Assembly (NCBI GenBank): GCA_964016885.1
Contig: OZ024743.1
Span: 215,574,001 to 215,638,000, forward strand
Length of the DNA: 64,000 bases
Reading direction: 5' to 3'
DNA from: Eledone cirrhosa
Lineage: Eukaryota
Made by a program: the position numbers and the translations under genes. Shown here piece after piece: positions 1 through 14,130 of the stretch (its first letter is position 1; each line of letters opens with the position of its first letter). Under the pieces are notes generated by a model. The model saw only the letters and a program-made list of their open reading frames with translations, did not search any database and was not told the origin of the DNA.

Positions 1-233
1 TGTGCCAATAGTAGAAACAATTATTTATTAAGTCCCATTGATATATTCTAGCAATCAATGACTGTGTACGTGTATGTACACCTGATTGTGTATTGTGTGT
101 GTTTGTCAGCGCCTATTACCTTTTTGTATGTGAGTTTCGACGTGTGTATGCAAATAAACATATACAGAAAGGGAGAGTCATATTTAGAGAGAGAATGTGT
201 GTTTGATTGTGAGCATGCGCCCGCGCGCGCGCG

Positions 234-274
<41 letters not shown>

Positions 275-944
275 CTGTGTCAGAGCGATGTAAATAAGAA
301 TAAATGAGTGAATGTAGATGGTTATTGAATTTGTGAATAGATCAAACGCACTGGTCGATGTGTTTACTTGAAATATTAGAGCTAAAGGGGAGTTTATGGA
401 AAATATCTTAAGATACAAGGGGACGGTACTTGTTAGAATAATTTGTTTACATATCATTGAAGTAAATCAAAGCAAAGAATCTGCGCAGAGAGCCACGGGA
501 TAAACTATAGGTGATGAAATATTTATTCTCTGTGATAAATAGATATGTGAGATGAAATCTGAAGGTTTTGACTGAAAGTACGTTTATCTGATAAGTATCC
601 CCGTGATTTGGTATAATGTAGTCACTGAACTAGTTAATTTAAGCTGCTTTCTTACAAGTATGTACTCTCTTCAAAACGTATCCACAAAAACATTCATAAA
701 TGTTCATAATAATATTAGACAGTGTAAACTCAGGGGAGGTGATCATTATTATATTCGTACAAAGCTTCCTTATATTGAAACTAATTAATAATCTACATTC
801 ATAACGATTACGACCAATCAGGAATAGTCGTTAATCTTATATAGAGATGAAGAACCTTTATATTTCTAGCAATTATCACATCCAGATGGAGGTGAATGTT
901 AGTCAGCACAAAGCAAGATCGATATTATAAATCTAGATAAACAA

Positions 945-1580
945 ACTACATGAGGAAGTGATCTTCAACTTGCACTCGATAGGTTTCATGCGGAGTGCTG
1001 GATGGTTGGAATGAAAATCAGCGCTGCGAAAACTGAGACACTCGTCCTCTCCAGGAAGCTCGCGCAATGCACTCTAATGTACAGGGAGCTCCACTGAAGC
1101 AGACAGAGAGGTTCAAGTATCTCGGGTACGTGTTTACGAGTGATGTAATGTAGGAGGCCGAATTAAGTGCAAGAATTTGAGATGGTGTATTAATGTACAT
1201 AATAATCAGAAGAAGGTAGGTAAGCGTAAAAGCAAAACGCACTCCATGGAAGGGGCTTTAGAGTAACTTTAATAGAGTGTGTAGAACGAAGATCATAGAG
1301 TCACTCCAGGTAGAACTGCTACTTCTCCGCATCGGTGCTATGGGCATATTGTTAGAATATCTTAGTGAGGTCCTCTGACAGATATTACGTTACGGGCAAA
1401 TCCAAGCGGCAGGAGACTCAGGGATAAACCCAGAGGAAGAGGGTTGGAAAAAATCCATGAGCTTGGCTGCTCTTGCATGGGGATCCAGCCGGAACACATG
1501 CAGACGGTTGCTTCTGACAAAAGCTGCTGGAAATAGTGTTTGAGGATTCTGCACCCACGACCTTTCTGTACATGACTGTA
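945..1580 (+). mobile_element. Degenerate 3' fragment of an RTE-clade LINE (end of RT)
   Basis: Frameshifted translation DLQLALDRFHAECWMVGMKISAAKTETLVLSRK...LKQTERFKYLGYVFTSD...PSGRRLRDKPRGR, typical of the RTE RT thumb and C-terminus. Confidence 0.75.
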
Positions 1581-2014
1581 AAAGATTTAACCAGCATATT
1601 TAGACACGATTACCAGGAGGATAGACTCTAACACTTTTAGAAAAATGAATATTTTACAAAAGAATCAATCTTTTCAATGCAAATTCATTCTATTTAGTGG
1701 TGGTATTTTCAGGTTCTATGCACCAAATAGGATAGAAATATTTTAATTATTGATTTAGAGTGTGAATGGTGTCGCTGCGTAATTTTTTTCTCAAAACTCA
1801 ACGATATTCTTGCACTAACCCAAGTACAATATCATACATTATTTAGTGGTCCTTTCATCACTAAACATATGTGTTGGTGAAGGTTATGCTTCAGAGAATA
1901 GAAAACAAGAACGTGAGCGCTTTCACACAAACAGCATACACACATACCACCACCCTTACACATGCAAACGCACACAAGCATATAGATTGATATATATATC
2001 TCTTTCTCTTTCCA

Positions 2015-2075
<61 letters not shown>

Positions 2076-2248
2076 GAAATATATATTGCTAATGCAGTCT
2101 AAGTAATATATTATCATGGTAACTGATTCTATGTGTTATACTACTTATAATAATAACTAAGTGAGTACTCAATGTTTGGCATTTTAGCGCCAAATTTGCA
2201 TCAAACTGTTATTGGTCATCAACTCAATATGTATATCATTAATAAATC

Positions 2249-2316
<68 letters not shown>

Positions 2317-2318
<2 letters not shown>

Positions 2319-2765
2319 TACAAAAACGAAAGATTAGTGATGCATTTGGACTCAGTTTATTGCGTGTTACAATTGTTTCACTCGAGACATAATCACTGTA
2401 TGGATCTGGCTGATTATAGGTCTGCAGTTTCCTTCGGACACGGGCAGTTCGTTCGGAGCAAATGTTCTCAAATTTGCTCAAATTTCTCAAATTTTCTCAA
2501 ATTTGCTCCGAACGAACTGCCGGTGTCCGAACGAACTGCCCGTGTCCGAAGGAACTTCCAGGCATAGAATCAGCCAGATCCATGCAGTGATGATATCTCC
2601 AGCTACCTTCCGGCGAAACAATTGTAACACGCAATAAACTGAGTCCAGGTGCATCATTGAATTTTTTGTTTTTTTTTATGCTATCCACACTCTGCTCTGT
2701 ATGAATATTGAGTGCTAATTTTGGCATACCGCCTATGGAAGCATCATAGATACCATTATACACAC
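2317..2765 (+). mobile_element. Fold-back non-autonomous element (putative PLE end derivative) between TA tracts
   Basis: Arms ~2336-2465 and ~2500-2660 are imperfect reverse complements. The right arm has GAAAC-aatt-GTA...AATAAA, followed by a tail actctgctct...attgagtgct. Flanked by (TA)n on both sides. Confidence 0.6.
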
Positions 2766-2766
2766 G

Positions 2767-2817
<51 letters not shown>

Positions 2818-2821
<4 letters not shown>

Positions 2822-4857
2822 ATAATAATAAATTTGAGGACTAATATCCAAAGAGGGCTCGATAAGGATAAATATATATCAAATATATAAGAACCGTAGA
2901 GCAAATATTTATTAAAATAACAGATTCAAGTTTAAGCAAAGAATCGCTGCTTTCACCCTTAACGGGATCTTCTGAAACTAATAAAGTCAATCTGTGAACG
3001 CAGAAGTAAATATAAACAAAAAACGTTGCAACCGAATGTAGAGAGGAAGACGATACTTTGGTTCGTGGAAACGTTCCCTGGTAAAGGACGGAGAAAAAAC
3101 GAAGATAATACGTCATTATTTGGTGCGGTGAAAACAATTACACGCTAAGACAAAACCACGTTTATGGTATAAATGAAATCGTAGACTAATATTCTATTGG
3201 GTGGTTCATGGAGACGTTCTCTGGCAATGAACGGAAAAAACGAAGATAATACGTCATTATGTGGAGTAGTAAGAACAACTACACGCAAAGACAAAACCAC
3301 GTAAATGGAATAACTGAAGTCGTAGACTAAAATTTTATTTAGGAAACGGAATGATTCTCGGCTTCAGAATTAAGAATAAAGTAAATAAAATACAGAGGTA
3401 ATTGAAATTAAATATATACATCCACGCATCAATATACGTACATACACAAGCATACTCGAAAACACTCGGCATGGGTAACAAATACAAGACCGCCCATAAG
3501 AGAAAAGAAAAAAAACATGCACGCACATACAGAACGCACGCAACGCCGGTACCCGCACGCATACGAACGTATACACCAAATACACATAAAATTATATTTA
3601 AAAACACATGTATATACATGTGTGTGCGTGTGTGTGTGCGTGTATACATAATTAAATAAACATATATAAATATACACACATAAATACGTATATAACGCGC
3701 GCGCACACACACCCACATGTAAATACACAATGTTCGCGGACTACGTCAACCAAAACACAAAGTACGCATATACACACACCCTATATACGCACGAACCCGC
3801 ATACTCACACAGACGCAAAACCCACGTATGCGCATAACCAAATGCACATGTACCAATATATATAATATATACGCCAATAAAATATACAAGCAAATATTCA
3901 TACGAGAAAGTATACGTACCTTTACAAAACATACAAGTAATATATACTTACCTATACGAATAAGTAATGGTAATAACATAACATATACTTAGCTACCACA
4001 TCAAGCCGTAAAATATCCGCGTATTGTTCGTACTATCCGTTAGGGTATAATGTGGGGCTTTAATACAGGAATGTTTTGTGCAATTTATGTTTACAAGCCG
4101 AAATTGCCTCAGATTTATTGTTTAAGATATGGTCTTTGGCGTAGAGTATTTCGAGGACCTCAGCGGCGCAGAGGTCACACAGTCTTTTATTTCCGTTATA
4201 CGATCTAGCCTTAGCTAGGATCTCCCAGTGTAACTTATATTGGGCGTGGTTGTCATTTAGACTCCATATATTAGCTGAAAGTGACGTCATATTCCTTCTT
4301 AAAGGGTTAAGAAAATATTGGGTATGCATTTAAAGACGCTGCTTGAATATATTGGCGGTTAACACTATGTAGGCCCTACGGGACGTGGATGTTTCAACCT
4401 TACATTTGTAGACAATGTTACTAGAGAGTCATTTCCCGTATAGGGAACAGTGAACCCGATTCCTACAATTACAGTTAGTATTAGCTACAGGGTTGTACCT
4501 GTACCTACGGCTAGGTAATTTAGCTAAATTTGAAGTTCATATGTTATCTGTAAGTTTAGGAGTCGTAGAGTAAGAAATGTTAATGGTATTTCTATTTAAA
4601 ATGTTACTATATGTATGTGCTGGGGGGAAATGCTTCATAATAAGGGAGAGAAATATCTTAGCTAATGGTGTGGCCACCTCCATATTATATGGTGGGTTAT
4701 ACCATATAATGCGTCGGGATCTATCTTTCCGAGGTCTATTCTCGTACTCTGTATGAGCTAACTTATCGACAAATCCACTCCGAGCAAGAGCTTAATTGTA
4801 ATATGTGGAATGGTCGTTGAAAATATGCTCGTTTGTAGATAGACGGGAAAGCATCAA

Positions 4858-4860
<3 letters not shown>
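2818..4860 (-). mobile_element. 5'-truncated PLE family 3 (linker, GIY-YIG remnant and long 3' UTR)
   Basis: The minus strand reads WYNPPYN..HFPPAHTYSNILNRNTINISYSTTP..CNCRNRVHC..TSLSANIWSL..WEILAKARSY..CDLC..CKH, homologous to the C-terminus of family 1. Both ends lie in (TA)n. Confidence 0.85.
2921..2994 (-). ncRNA. Hammerhead-like fold with variant core (CAGAAGA) at the 3' end of PLE family 3
   Basis: Minus strand: agttt-CAGAAGA-t-ccc gttaa ggg-t-GAAA-gcag cgattct ttgc-TT-aaact; stem I is extended by cagatt/aatctg. Confidence 0.45.
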
Positions 4861-4938
<78 letters not shown>

Positions 4939-4942
<4 letters not shown>

Positions 4943-5246
4943 CAAGGTTTGGCAAATAAGAAAAAGTTTCAAAATAAATTTCAAAAAATTCACTGTACTC
5001 ACTATGGTTACCTTTACCGAATCGGTTTCGCTTCTTAAAAAAAAAGGACTGTCCATTTATTTTGAGACTCGAACCTGATTCGGTAAATGTAACCATAGTG
5101 AGTACAGTGAATTTTTTGAAATTTATTTTGAATCTTTTTCTTATTTGCTAAACCTTGATTATATATATTCTGGCTCGTTAATTTATTAACCTGCCATTGA
5201 ACCACATTGGCATATGGATGGACAATACATGTGTCCCTGGACGCTT

Positions 5247-5250
<4 letters not shown>
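4939..5250 (+). mobile_element. Fold-back mini-element between TA tracts
   Basis: ~95 bp inverted arms (4939-5030 vs ~5070-5165) plus a unique tail. The reverse complement of the left arm contains GAAAC-cgattcg-GTA. Confidence 0.6.
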
Positions 5251-5280
<30 letters not shown>

Positions 5281-5284
<4 letters not shown>

Positions 5285-8200
5285 TTAATTATACTATTTA
5301 TGGTTATGCAAATACAAAAACCGTTTGCAGTTATATATATTTTTATATAAACCCTAAATAGTGGTAGGCAGTAATATATTACTACCTTATTACCAGTAAG
5401 CTAAATAGCTCAATGTAAAAACATCAGATGATTTACAGAGCAGTTATATGAATTATAAGAATCAAAGAACTGTTCAAAACATTTTTATGCTTACAACTGT
5501 TTCCTCCAAACCGAGGTTTGGATTCTTCGGAGCAATTTATTATTGAATGAACACTTATATGACCTCCTTATCACCCAAGAGACATACAGATACATATGAA
5601 AATATTGTGGGTCAACATTCATTATAGCATTTAGTGTGGCAGTACACACATAGAGATTACATTCATATTAAAAGATACAATCAAAAATACAGGTTAAAAT
5701 ACAACATGAAATTAAGGGGTTTAATAGTGCAAAGGTTATATGTATGGCAAGAACGTGCGTCTTGTTTATATAGTGTAGCAGAGAGTTACATGTAATAGAA
5801 GCATTTAAGCAGGTAATCGAGAGTGTTGAGGTGGTTGATCTGGTGAGGAATTCTTTATATGATTGTTATAGTCTGTGCGTGGAGAAATAATATAAGTATT
5901 AAAAATAGTGTAAGCATTAACAATAATGGAAATGCGTAGCGAAGCGATGATAAGGATTTCATGCACTGCGACATTTTCATAGTCTGGGGAGCGTATTTTT
6001 CAGATTATATGCCCCTCACATAATCCACGACTATTCGATATTGGGTGTTTGACAATCCAGTTAGAGAACCGTAGTCTGATGTTCTTTAGCTCAATAAAGG
6101 AGGAAGATACGTTGCGAGAATCGACATCGAAATACTACCCGGAAGTGTGTGTGTGGCTAGGGGATTTAATGCATGAGGGGAGGAAACCCAGCGGTTTCTA
6201 TCACTAACTATTAAATTGTGTCTCAAAATAGACACGAACCTATTTGGTTATGCGCAGTTTCTAAAAAATTTCTAAAAATTTAAAGTGTTTTAACTATAGA
6301 GTAGTCTATTAAGTTGTGCTGAAGGTGTTCCTATTCTGGTGATTAACCCCCATCGCAGAGTGCCACAAATGAATATTATACACGACGAGTGAGAATTCTC
6401 AATTAATGATCTCTGAGATTGCAGTCTACTCAAAGAACCTGGCAAGATGATTGCAGAATCACTTCAACACACAATGATCTCCTGTAAGTTCTGGGTCAGT
6501 GCTTGCTACATTGGATGTCTAAAGATAATCATCACCAGGGCAGACCAGAGGTCAATCCACAGTCCTCATTACTCCAATCTGACCATCAAATCACACATAT
6601 ATGTACAACCCATACGCCACTTGCAATACATTTATTCACTGCACTCAGCATATCGGTCATACAGCTCATCAGCGTTACTAGATTAATTAGTTTTTCATTT
6701 GTCCAACGATGGCACTTCCTCCGCACAGCACCAACAATACAATCAATTCAATGCTAAAATTAACTATAAAGTGGTGTGGTGCAGTTCAAGCAAGTGGATG
6801 TTGTCACACCCAAAGTAGAAGTACAAAGGGGTATTCTCCCTGTGAAGGGTTCCAGAGGGATATCGCGATTTCTGTTATATTAGATTAATGAGTGTTGGGT
6901 ATGTGGCATAAGGTATGCCCCTGGTGTTTGATGCTAGAGACGGTGTTTGTTTCAAGTCCGACATTACTATATATTGGGCTTAAAGTTTTGGAAGGAATGT
7001 CTGAAGCGGTGATGGCAAGTTGCAAGCACTTCAGATTTTTGTTAAGTAGGGTTCGTGTTAGAGAAGATAATATTCTAGGTCTGTAGTATACAGAGGTTAC
7101 AAAATATATTAGGTGGTTTGTACGAAGTCGCGCTACCTATCACTTCCCATTTGAGTGTGTAAGGTTTATTTTTAGTTTTTAGATAGTGTATGTAGCTAGA
7201 TAGTGAGGTGCAGTTGGCTAGACTGTGCTTTTTGAACGAGTGGATGTGCGAATTATATCTGATTTTGAAGCAGTTAGAAGTGGAGCATACATAGGTCTCT
7301 GAAGAGTTGCTAGTTGTGACGGTGCATGAGTATATGATATCCTTGGTTAGGCATTTTTTTTCTAAAGGGCAGGTTCTATTAGCTCTCGAGTTACAATTAT
7401 CCTGGGTGTTAGTCTGCTGGTGATAATGCAGTGCAGAAGTCCGGGTGGTAGCTATAGGATTTTGGACATTTGAGTTGTCGACCCCGGTGTTATTTCTTAT
7501 ACTATTGTTATTTCTATTATTACTGCCGTTATTATGGTTGCTTGCTACAGAGGTATTTAGAAGTTTTACCTCCTGTTGTGATTTCGTTTGTTGGAAGTAA
7601 GAATTAATTTTACTTTTATTGCTGCTAGCTATGTGGTATGCTAAGTTAGGCGTCGTAGAGTATGAGATTTTAATAGTGTTTTTGTTTAAAATGTTATGGT
7701 ACTTGTGTCCTAGAGGGAAGTTTTTTATCTAGTAGTGAGAAGAAAGCCCTAGGAATGTTGGTGGAGACATTTAGGTTGAAAGGAGGGATGAAAAGTGTAT
7801 TATTTCTTCTTCTATTTTTGTTTTTAGTGACTGGTGCGTTGTTTCTTACTAAGGTACTACGGTAGTTTCCGTGGTAATGGTTACTTCTGGTGACACCCTC
7901 CACTTTAGTGTACGTGTGGTTGCTATTCATATTATTAAGTTTCCTCATGGACATATTGTGCGAGATGATGTTGTAGCTATGTGTTTTCTTAGGTAGGAAC
8001 TCAATCTCTATATTATGGCCGGATCTAGCTAATGCTTGATTATAATAACGTGAGTTTTTGCTAAATATGTTTGCGTCGTAGGATAGATGAGAGGTTCTAT
8101 TGGATACGCCCTTAGAGATAGAGTTTAATATTGATCTAGGATGATTAGACTTGGAATCCACGTAAATGAGTTTTTCGTTAGGCTTATGGTAAGGTGTATA

Positions 8201-8668
8201 TATTTTTGAGTCTATGTATAGTGTGGCGTCTAGGAAGTTAACATTTGTAGTGTTTTTGTCCATGGTGATACTAAGGTTAAAGTTTTTGAATGTCTTGTGC
8301 AATAGTTTTCTAGTTCTTTCTATATTGAATTTTTTATATTCTATAAGTAGAAGTGCATCATCGCGGTGCAAACCACCGTTGAGGTAAAGGAGGTCCTTAT
8401 GGATTTCATTAAGTAGGTATAGGCCGACCAAATCAGTGACCTGCGCCGAGTCACTAGAACCCATGGTTATGTCGAAGTTGTTGTGCGCATACTTGCGGGT
8501 CCATAGTTGGTCCTCGAAGGTGATTATGGTTTTACGGGCCGCAAGTATGACATCAATCTGGGCTCTAGTCACGTCGCCATTGTTCATGGCCATGATTAGG
8601 GCCTTATTTAAGAGGATAGAGGAAATAGAGGTGTAGTATGAATTGATATCAAATTGAATACATTTTTT
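5281..8668 (-). mobile_element. PLE family 1 copy A (inverted, 5'-truncated)
   Basis: ORF 7694-8593 has FDITMGSSDSAQVTDLVGLYLL..GGLHRDD..VNFLDATL..YVDSKSNHP. The segment is the reverse complement of ~12450-15665 plus the 3' extension, and it ends in (TA)n. Confidence 0.92.
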
Positions 8669-11635
8669 GTTAACTTCCTAGACGCCACACTATACCTCGA
8701 CTCAAAAATATATACACCTTTACACAAGCCTAACGAAACACTCATTTACGTGGATACCAAGTCTAATCACCCTAGATCGATATTAAACTCTATCTCTAAG
8801 GGGGTATCCAATAGAATCTCTACTCTATCCTATGACGCAAACATATTTAGCAAAAACTCACAATATTATAATCAAGCATTAGCTAGATCCGGCCATAATA
8901 TGGAGATTGAGTTCCTACCTAAGAAAACATATAGCTACAACATCATCTCGCACAATATGTCCTTGAGGAAACCTAATAATATGAATAGCAACCACACGTA
9001 CACGAAAGCGGAGGGTGCCACCAGAAGTAACCATTACCACTGAAACTACCGTAGTACCTTAGGAAGAAACAACACACGAGACACTAAAAACAAAAATAGA
9101 AGAAGAAATAATACACTTTTCATCCCTCCTTTCAACCTAAATGTCTCCACCAACATACCTAGGGCTTTCTTCTCACTACTAGATAAAACACTTCCCTCTA
9201 GGACACAAGTACCATAACCTTTTAAACAAAAACACTATTAAAATCTCATACTCTACGACGCCTAACTTAGCATACCACATAGCTAGCAGAAATAAAAGTA
9301 AAATTAATTCTTACTTTCAACAAACGAAATCACAACAGGAGGTAAACCTTCTAAATACCTCTCTAGCAATCAACCACAATAACGGCAGTAATAATAGAAA
9401 TAACAATAGTATAAGAAATAACACCGGGGTCGACAATCCGAATGTCCAAAATCCTATAGCTACCACCCGGACTTCTGCACTGCATTATAACCAGCAGACT
9501 AACACCCAGGATAATTGTAACTCTAGAGCTAATAGAACCTGCCCTTTAGATAAAAAAAATGCCTAACCAAGGATATCATATACTCATGCACTGTCACAAC
9601 TAGCAACTCTTCAGAAACCTATGTAGGCTCCACTTCTAACTGCTTCAAAATCAGATATAATCCGCACATCCACTCGTTCAAAAAGCACAGTCTAGCCAAC
9701 TCCACCTCACTATCTAGCTACATACACTATCTAAAAACTAAAAATAAACCTTACACATTCAAATGGGAATTGATAGTTAGCGCGACTTCGTACAAACCAC
9801 CTAATAAATTGTGTAACCTCTGTATACTAGAGACCCACAATATTACTTCTCTAACCGTAACCTACTTAACAAAAAATCTGAAGTGTTTGCAACTTGCCAG
9901 CACCGCTTCAGACATTCCTTCCTAAATTTTAAGCCCAATATAGAGCAATGTCGGACTTGAACCAAACACCACCTCTAGCATCAAACACCAGGGTCACACC
10001 TCATACCACCACCCCAACATTCATTGATCTAATATAACAGAAATCGCGACATCCCTCTGGAACCCTTCACAGGGAGAATACCCCTTTGTAATTCTACTTT
10101 GGGTGTGACAACATCCACTTGCTTGAACTGCACTACACCACTTTATAGTTAATTTAAGCATTGAATTGATTGTATTGTTGGTGCTGTGCGGAGGAAGTGC
10201 CATCGTTGGACAAATGCAAAACTAATTAATCTAGTAACGCTGATGAGCTGTATGACCGGTAAGCTGAGTGCAGTGAATAAATGTATTGCAAGTGGCGTAT
10301 GGGTTGTACATATATGTGTGATTTGATGGTCAGATTGGAGTCATGAGGACTGTGGATTGACCTCTGGTCTGCCCTAGTGATGATTATCTTTCGACATCCA
10401 ATGTAGCAAGCACTGACCCAGAACTTACCGGAGATCATTGTGTGTTGTAGTGATTCTGCAATCACATTGCCTGGTTCTTTGAGTAGACATCAATCACAGA
10501 GATCATTAATTGAGAATTCTCACTCGTCGTGTATAATATTCATTTGTGGCACTCTGCGATGGGGGTTAATCACCAGAATAGGAACACCTTCAGCACAACT
10601 TAATAGACTACTCTATAGTTAAAACATTTTAAATTTTTAGAAATTTTTTAGAAACTGCGCATAACCAAATAGGTTAGGGTCTATTTTGAGACACAATTTA
10701 ATAGTTAGTGATAGAAACCGCTGGGTTACCTCCCCTCATGCATTAAATCCCCTAGCCACACACACACTTCCGGGTAGTATTTCCATGTCGATTCTCGCAA
10801 CGTATCTTCCTCCTGTATTGAGCTAAAGAACATCAGACTACGATTCTCTAACTGGATTGTCAAACTACCAATATCGAATAGTTGTGGATTATGTGAGGAG
10901 CATATAATCTGAAAAATACGCTCCCCAGACTATGAAAATGTCGCAGTGCATGAAATCCTTATCATCGCTTCGCTACGCATTTCCAATATTTTTAATGCTT
11001 ACACTATTTGTAATACTTATATTATTTCTCCACGCACAGACTATAACAATCATATGAAAAATTCATCACCAGATCAACCACCTCAACACTCTCGATTACC
11101 TGCTTAAATGCTTCTATTACACGTAACTCTCTGCCACACTATATAAACAAGACGCACGTTCTTACCATACATATAACCTTTGCACTATATAGCCGCTTAA
11201 ATTTATGTTGTATTTTAATCTGTATTTTTGATTGTATCTTTTAATATGAATGTAATCTCTAAGCGTGTACTGCCACACTAAATGCTATAATGAATGTTGA
11301 CCCACAATATGTTCATATTTATCTATATGTCTCTTGGGTGATAAGGAGGTCATATAAGTGTTCATTCAATAATAAATTGCTCTGAAGAATCCAAACCTCG
11401 CTTTGGAGGAAACAGTTGTATGCATAAAAATGTTTTGAACAGTTCTTTGATTCTTATAATTCATATAACTACTCTGTAAATCATCTGATGTTTTTACATT
11501 GAGCTATTTAGCTTACTGGTAATAAGGTAGTAATATATTACTGCCTACCACTATTTAGGGTTTATATAAAAATATATATAACTGCAAACGGTTTTTGTAT
11601 TTGCATAACCATAAATAGTATAATTAATACTATTA
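8668..11635 (+). mobile_element. PLE family 1 copy B (5'-truncated; acts as a long upstream pseudo-LTR)
   Basis: Starts at VNFLDATL. Direct repeat of copy C at an offset of ~4.2 kb (core motif at 11382 vs 15583). Confidence 0.92.
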
Positions 11636-11677
11636 ACTGATCCATACTGTTGAGCTGACATACAATAAATTACCAAT

Positions 11678-14130
11678 ATGCTAATCAAAGACCAACTCCC
11701 CATGTCAACCATGAACATACCAATACTATCCAAGAATACGTGTGAGAAATTGCTGATCAACAGTGTAAATACATTTATCAATAGAGTGAGATGGATGACA
11801 TTCCATTATTGTAGAAACAGATCTAACAATGTTAATAATACTAACAAATTTGACTCCTTCGGCTTTAAAACCTTTAAAAGCCCCCCTCATAACACACTAC
11901 TTAACTCCTTTGAAAATGACCTAGTAAAACTAGTTAAGAACATTAAATACAGTAAGCACAGTAATAGTAGCAACACCTTCTTAAACAAACTTAACACGTC
12001 TATTAATGAATTCAAAACTAGTAATAAAATTATTGTATACGCAGATAAAACTAATAACATATACAGCCTGGATTATAATACTTATAGAAAGTTTATATAT
12101 AATGAACTACATAAAAGCTACAAGAAAACCACTTTGAAAAACTTAGAAGATATTAATATAGAGGGATATAATATAGTGTCTAAACTAGGACATCAGAGGC
12201 ATACACAACCATACACCCCTAACCCCCCCCCCCCCCCTAGATTCTCTCTGAAGGATCATAAGGAGGACTTCATTAGCAACCCCACGATTAGACTTATCTG
12301 CCCTTCCAAGTCCGACATTGGTATTATCAGCAAGAACATTTTAGACAAAATCATCCCACAAATTAAACACAAGATACACCTTAAACAATGGGGAAATACG
12401 GGTGAAGTTATTGAATGGTTCAAAGATATCAAGAATAATAAGGACAAGGAATTTATTTAGTTTGATATCAATTCATACTACACCTCTATTTCCTCCTATC
12501 CTATTAAATAAGGCACTAATCATGGCCATGAACAATGGCGACCTGACTAGAGCCGAGATTGATTTCATCCTTGCGGCCCGTAAAACAATAATCACCTTCG
12601 AGGACCAACTAGGGACCCGCAAGGATACGCACAACAACTTCGACATAACCATGGGATATAGTGACTCGGCGCAGGTCACTGATTTGGTCAGGCCTATACC
12701 TACTTAATGAAATCCATAAGGACCTCCCTTACCTCAACGGTGGTTTTACCGCGATGATGCACTTCTACTTATAGAATATAACAAATTCAATATAGAAAGA
12801 ACTAGAAAACTATTGCACAAGACATTCAAAAACTTTAACCTTAGTATCACCATGGACAAAAACACTAAAAATGTTAACTTCCTAGACGCCACACTATACC
12901 TAGACTCAAAAATATATACACCTTTCCATAAGCCTAACGAAAAACACATTTACGTGGATACCAAGTCTAATCACCCTAGATCAATATTAAACTCTATCTC
13001 TAAGGGGGTATCCAATAGAATCTCTAATCTATCCTATGACACAAACATATTTAGCAAAAACTCACAATATTATAATCAAGCATTAGCTAGATCCGGCCAT
13101 AATATAAATATTGAGTTCCTACCTAAGAAAACATATAGCTACAACATCATCTCGCACAATATGTCCTTGAGGAAACCTAATAATATGAATAGCAACCACA
13201 CGTACACGAAAGCGGTGGGTGCCACCAGAAGTAACCATTACCACGGAAACTACCGTAGTACCTTAGGCAGAAACAAGACACCAGACACTAAAATCAAAAA
13301 TAGAAGAAGAAATAATACATTTTTCAACCCTCCTTTCAACCTAAATGTCTCCACCAACATACCTAGGGCTTTCATCTCACTACTAGATAAAGACTTCCCT
13401 CTAGGACACAAGTACCATAACCTTTTAAACAAAAACACTATTAAAATCTCATACTCTACGACGCCTAACTTAGCATACCACATAGCTAGCAGCAATAAAA
13501 GTAAAATTAATTCTTACTTCCAACAAACGAAATCACAACAGGAGTTAAACCTTCTAAATACCTCTGTAGCAAGCAACCATAATAACGGCAGTAATAATAG
13601 AAATAACAATAGTATAAGAAATAACACCGGGGTCGACCACCCAAATGTCCAAAATCCTATAGCTACCACCCGGACGTCTGTACTGCATTATAACCAGCAG
13701 ACTAACACCCAGGATAATTGTAACTGTAGAGCTAATAGACCCTGCCCTTTAGATAAAAAATGCCTAACCAAGCATGTCATATACTCATGCACCGTTACAA
13801 CTAGCAACTCTTCAGAAACCTATGTAGGCTCCACTTCTAACTGCTTCAAAATCAGATATAATCCGCACATCCCTCGTTCAAAAAGCACAGTCTAGCCAAC
13901 TCCACCTCACTATCTAGCTACATACACTATCTAAAAACTAATAATATACCTTACACACTCAAATGGGAAGTGATAGGTAGCGGGACTTCGTACAAACCAC
14001 CTAATACATTTTGTAACCTCTGTATACTAGAGACCCATAATATTATCTTCTCTAACCGTAACCTACTTAACAAAAATCCTGAAGTGTTTGCAACTTGCCA
14101 GCACCGCTTCAGACATTCCTTCTAAAACTT
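11678..14130 (+). pseudogene. Disrupted PLE polyprotein (RT with YRDD, CxCx5C linker, GIY-YIG endonuclease)
   Basis: ORF pieces 11678-12460, 12402-12707 and 12813-13895 join via one stop and several frameshifts. Motifs: NIPI..RVRW, FGFK, ADKTNN, LKDHK, RLICPSKS, FDINSYY, YRDD, CNCRANRPCPLDKKC, VIY..YVGST..FKIRY, CNLC. Confidence 0.9.

Noticed and set aside
9040-9043. In-frame TGA in PLE copy B as possible selenocysteine
   Set aside because: Other copies have GGA at this position, so it is a simple nonsense mutation.
10236-10300. Second HHR-like motif in the family-1 3' UTR (CTGATGA-gctgta..tgcagt-GAAT)
   Set aside because: GAAT in all copies and no convincing stem III, cleavage triplet or stem I; at most a relic.
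10226-10465. 79-aa antisense ORF open in all three family-1 copies
   Set aside because: The copies are only a few percent diverged, so persistence is expected; no recognisable motif.
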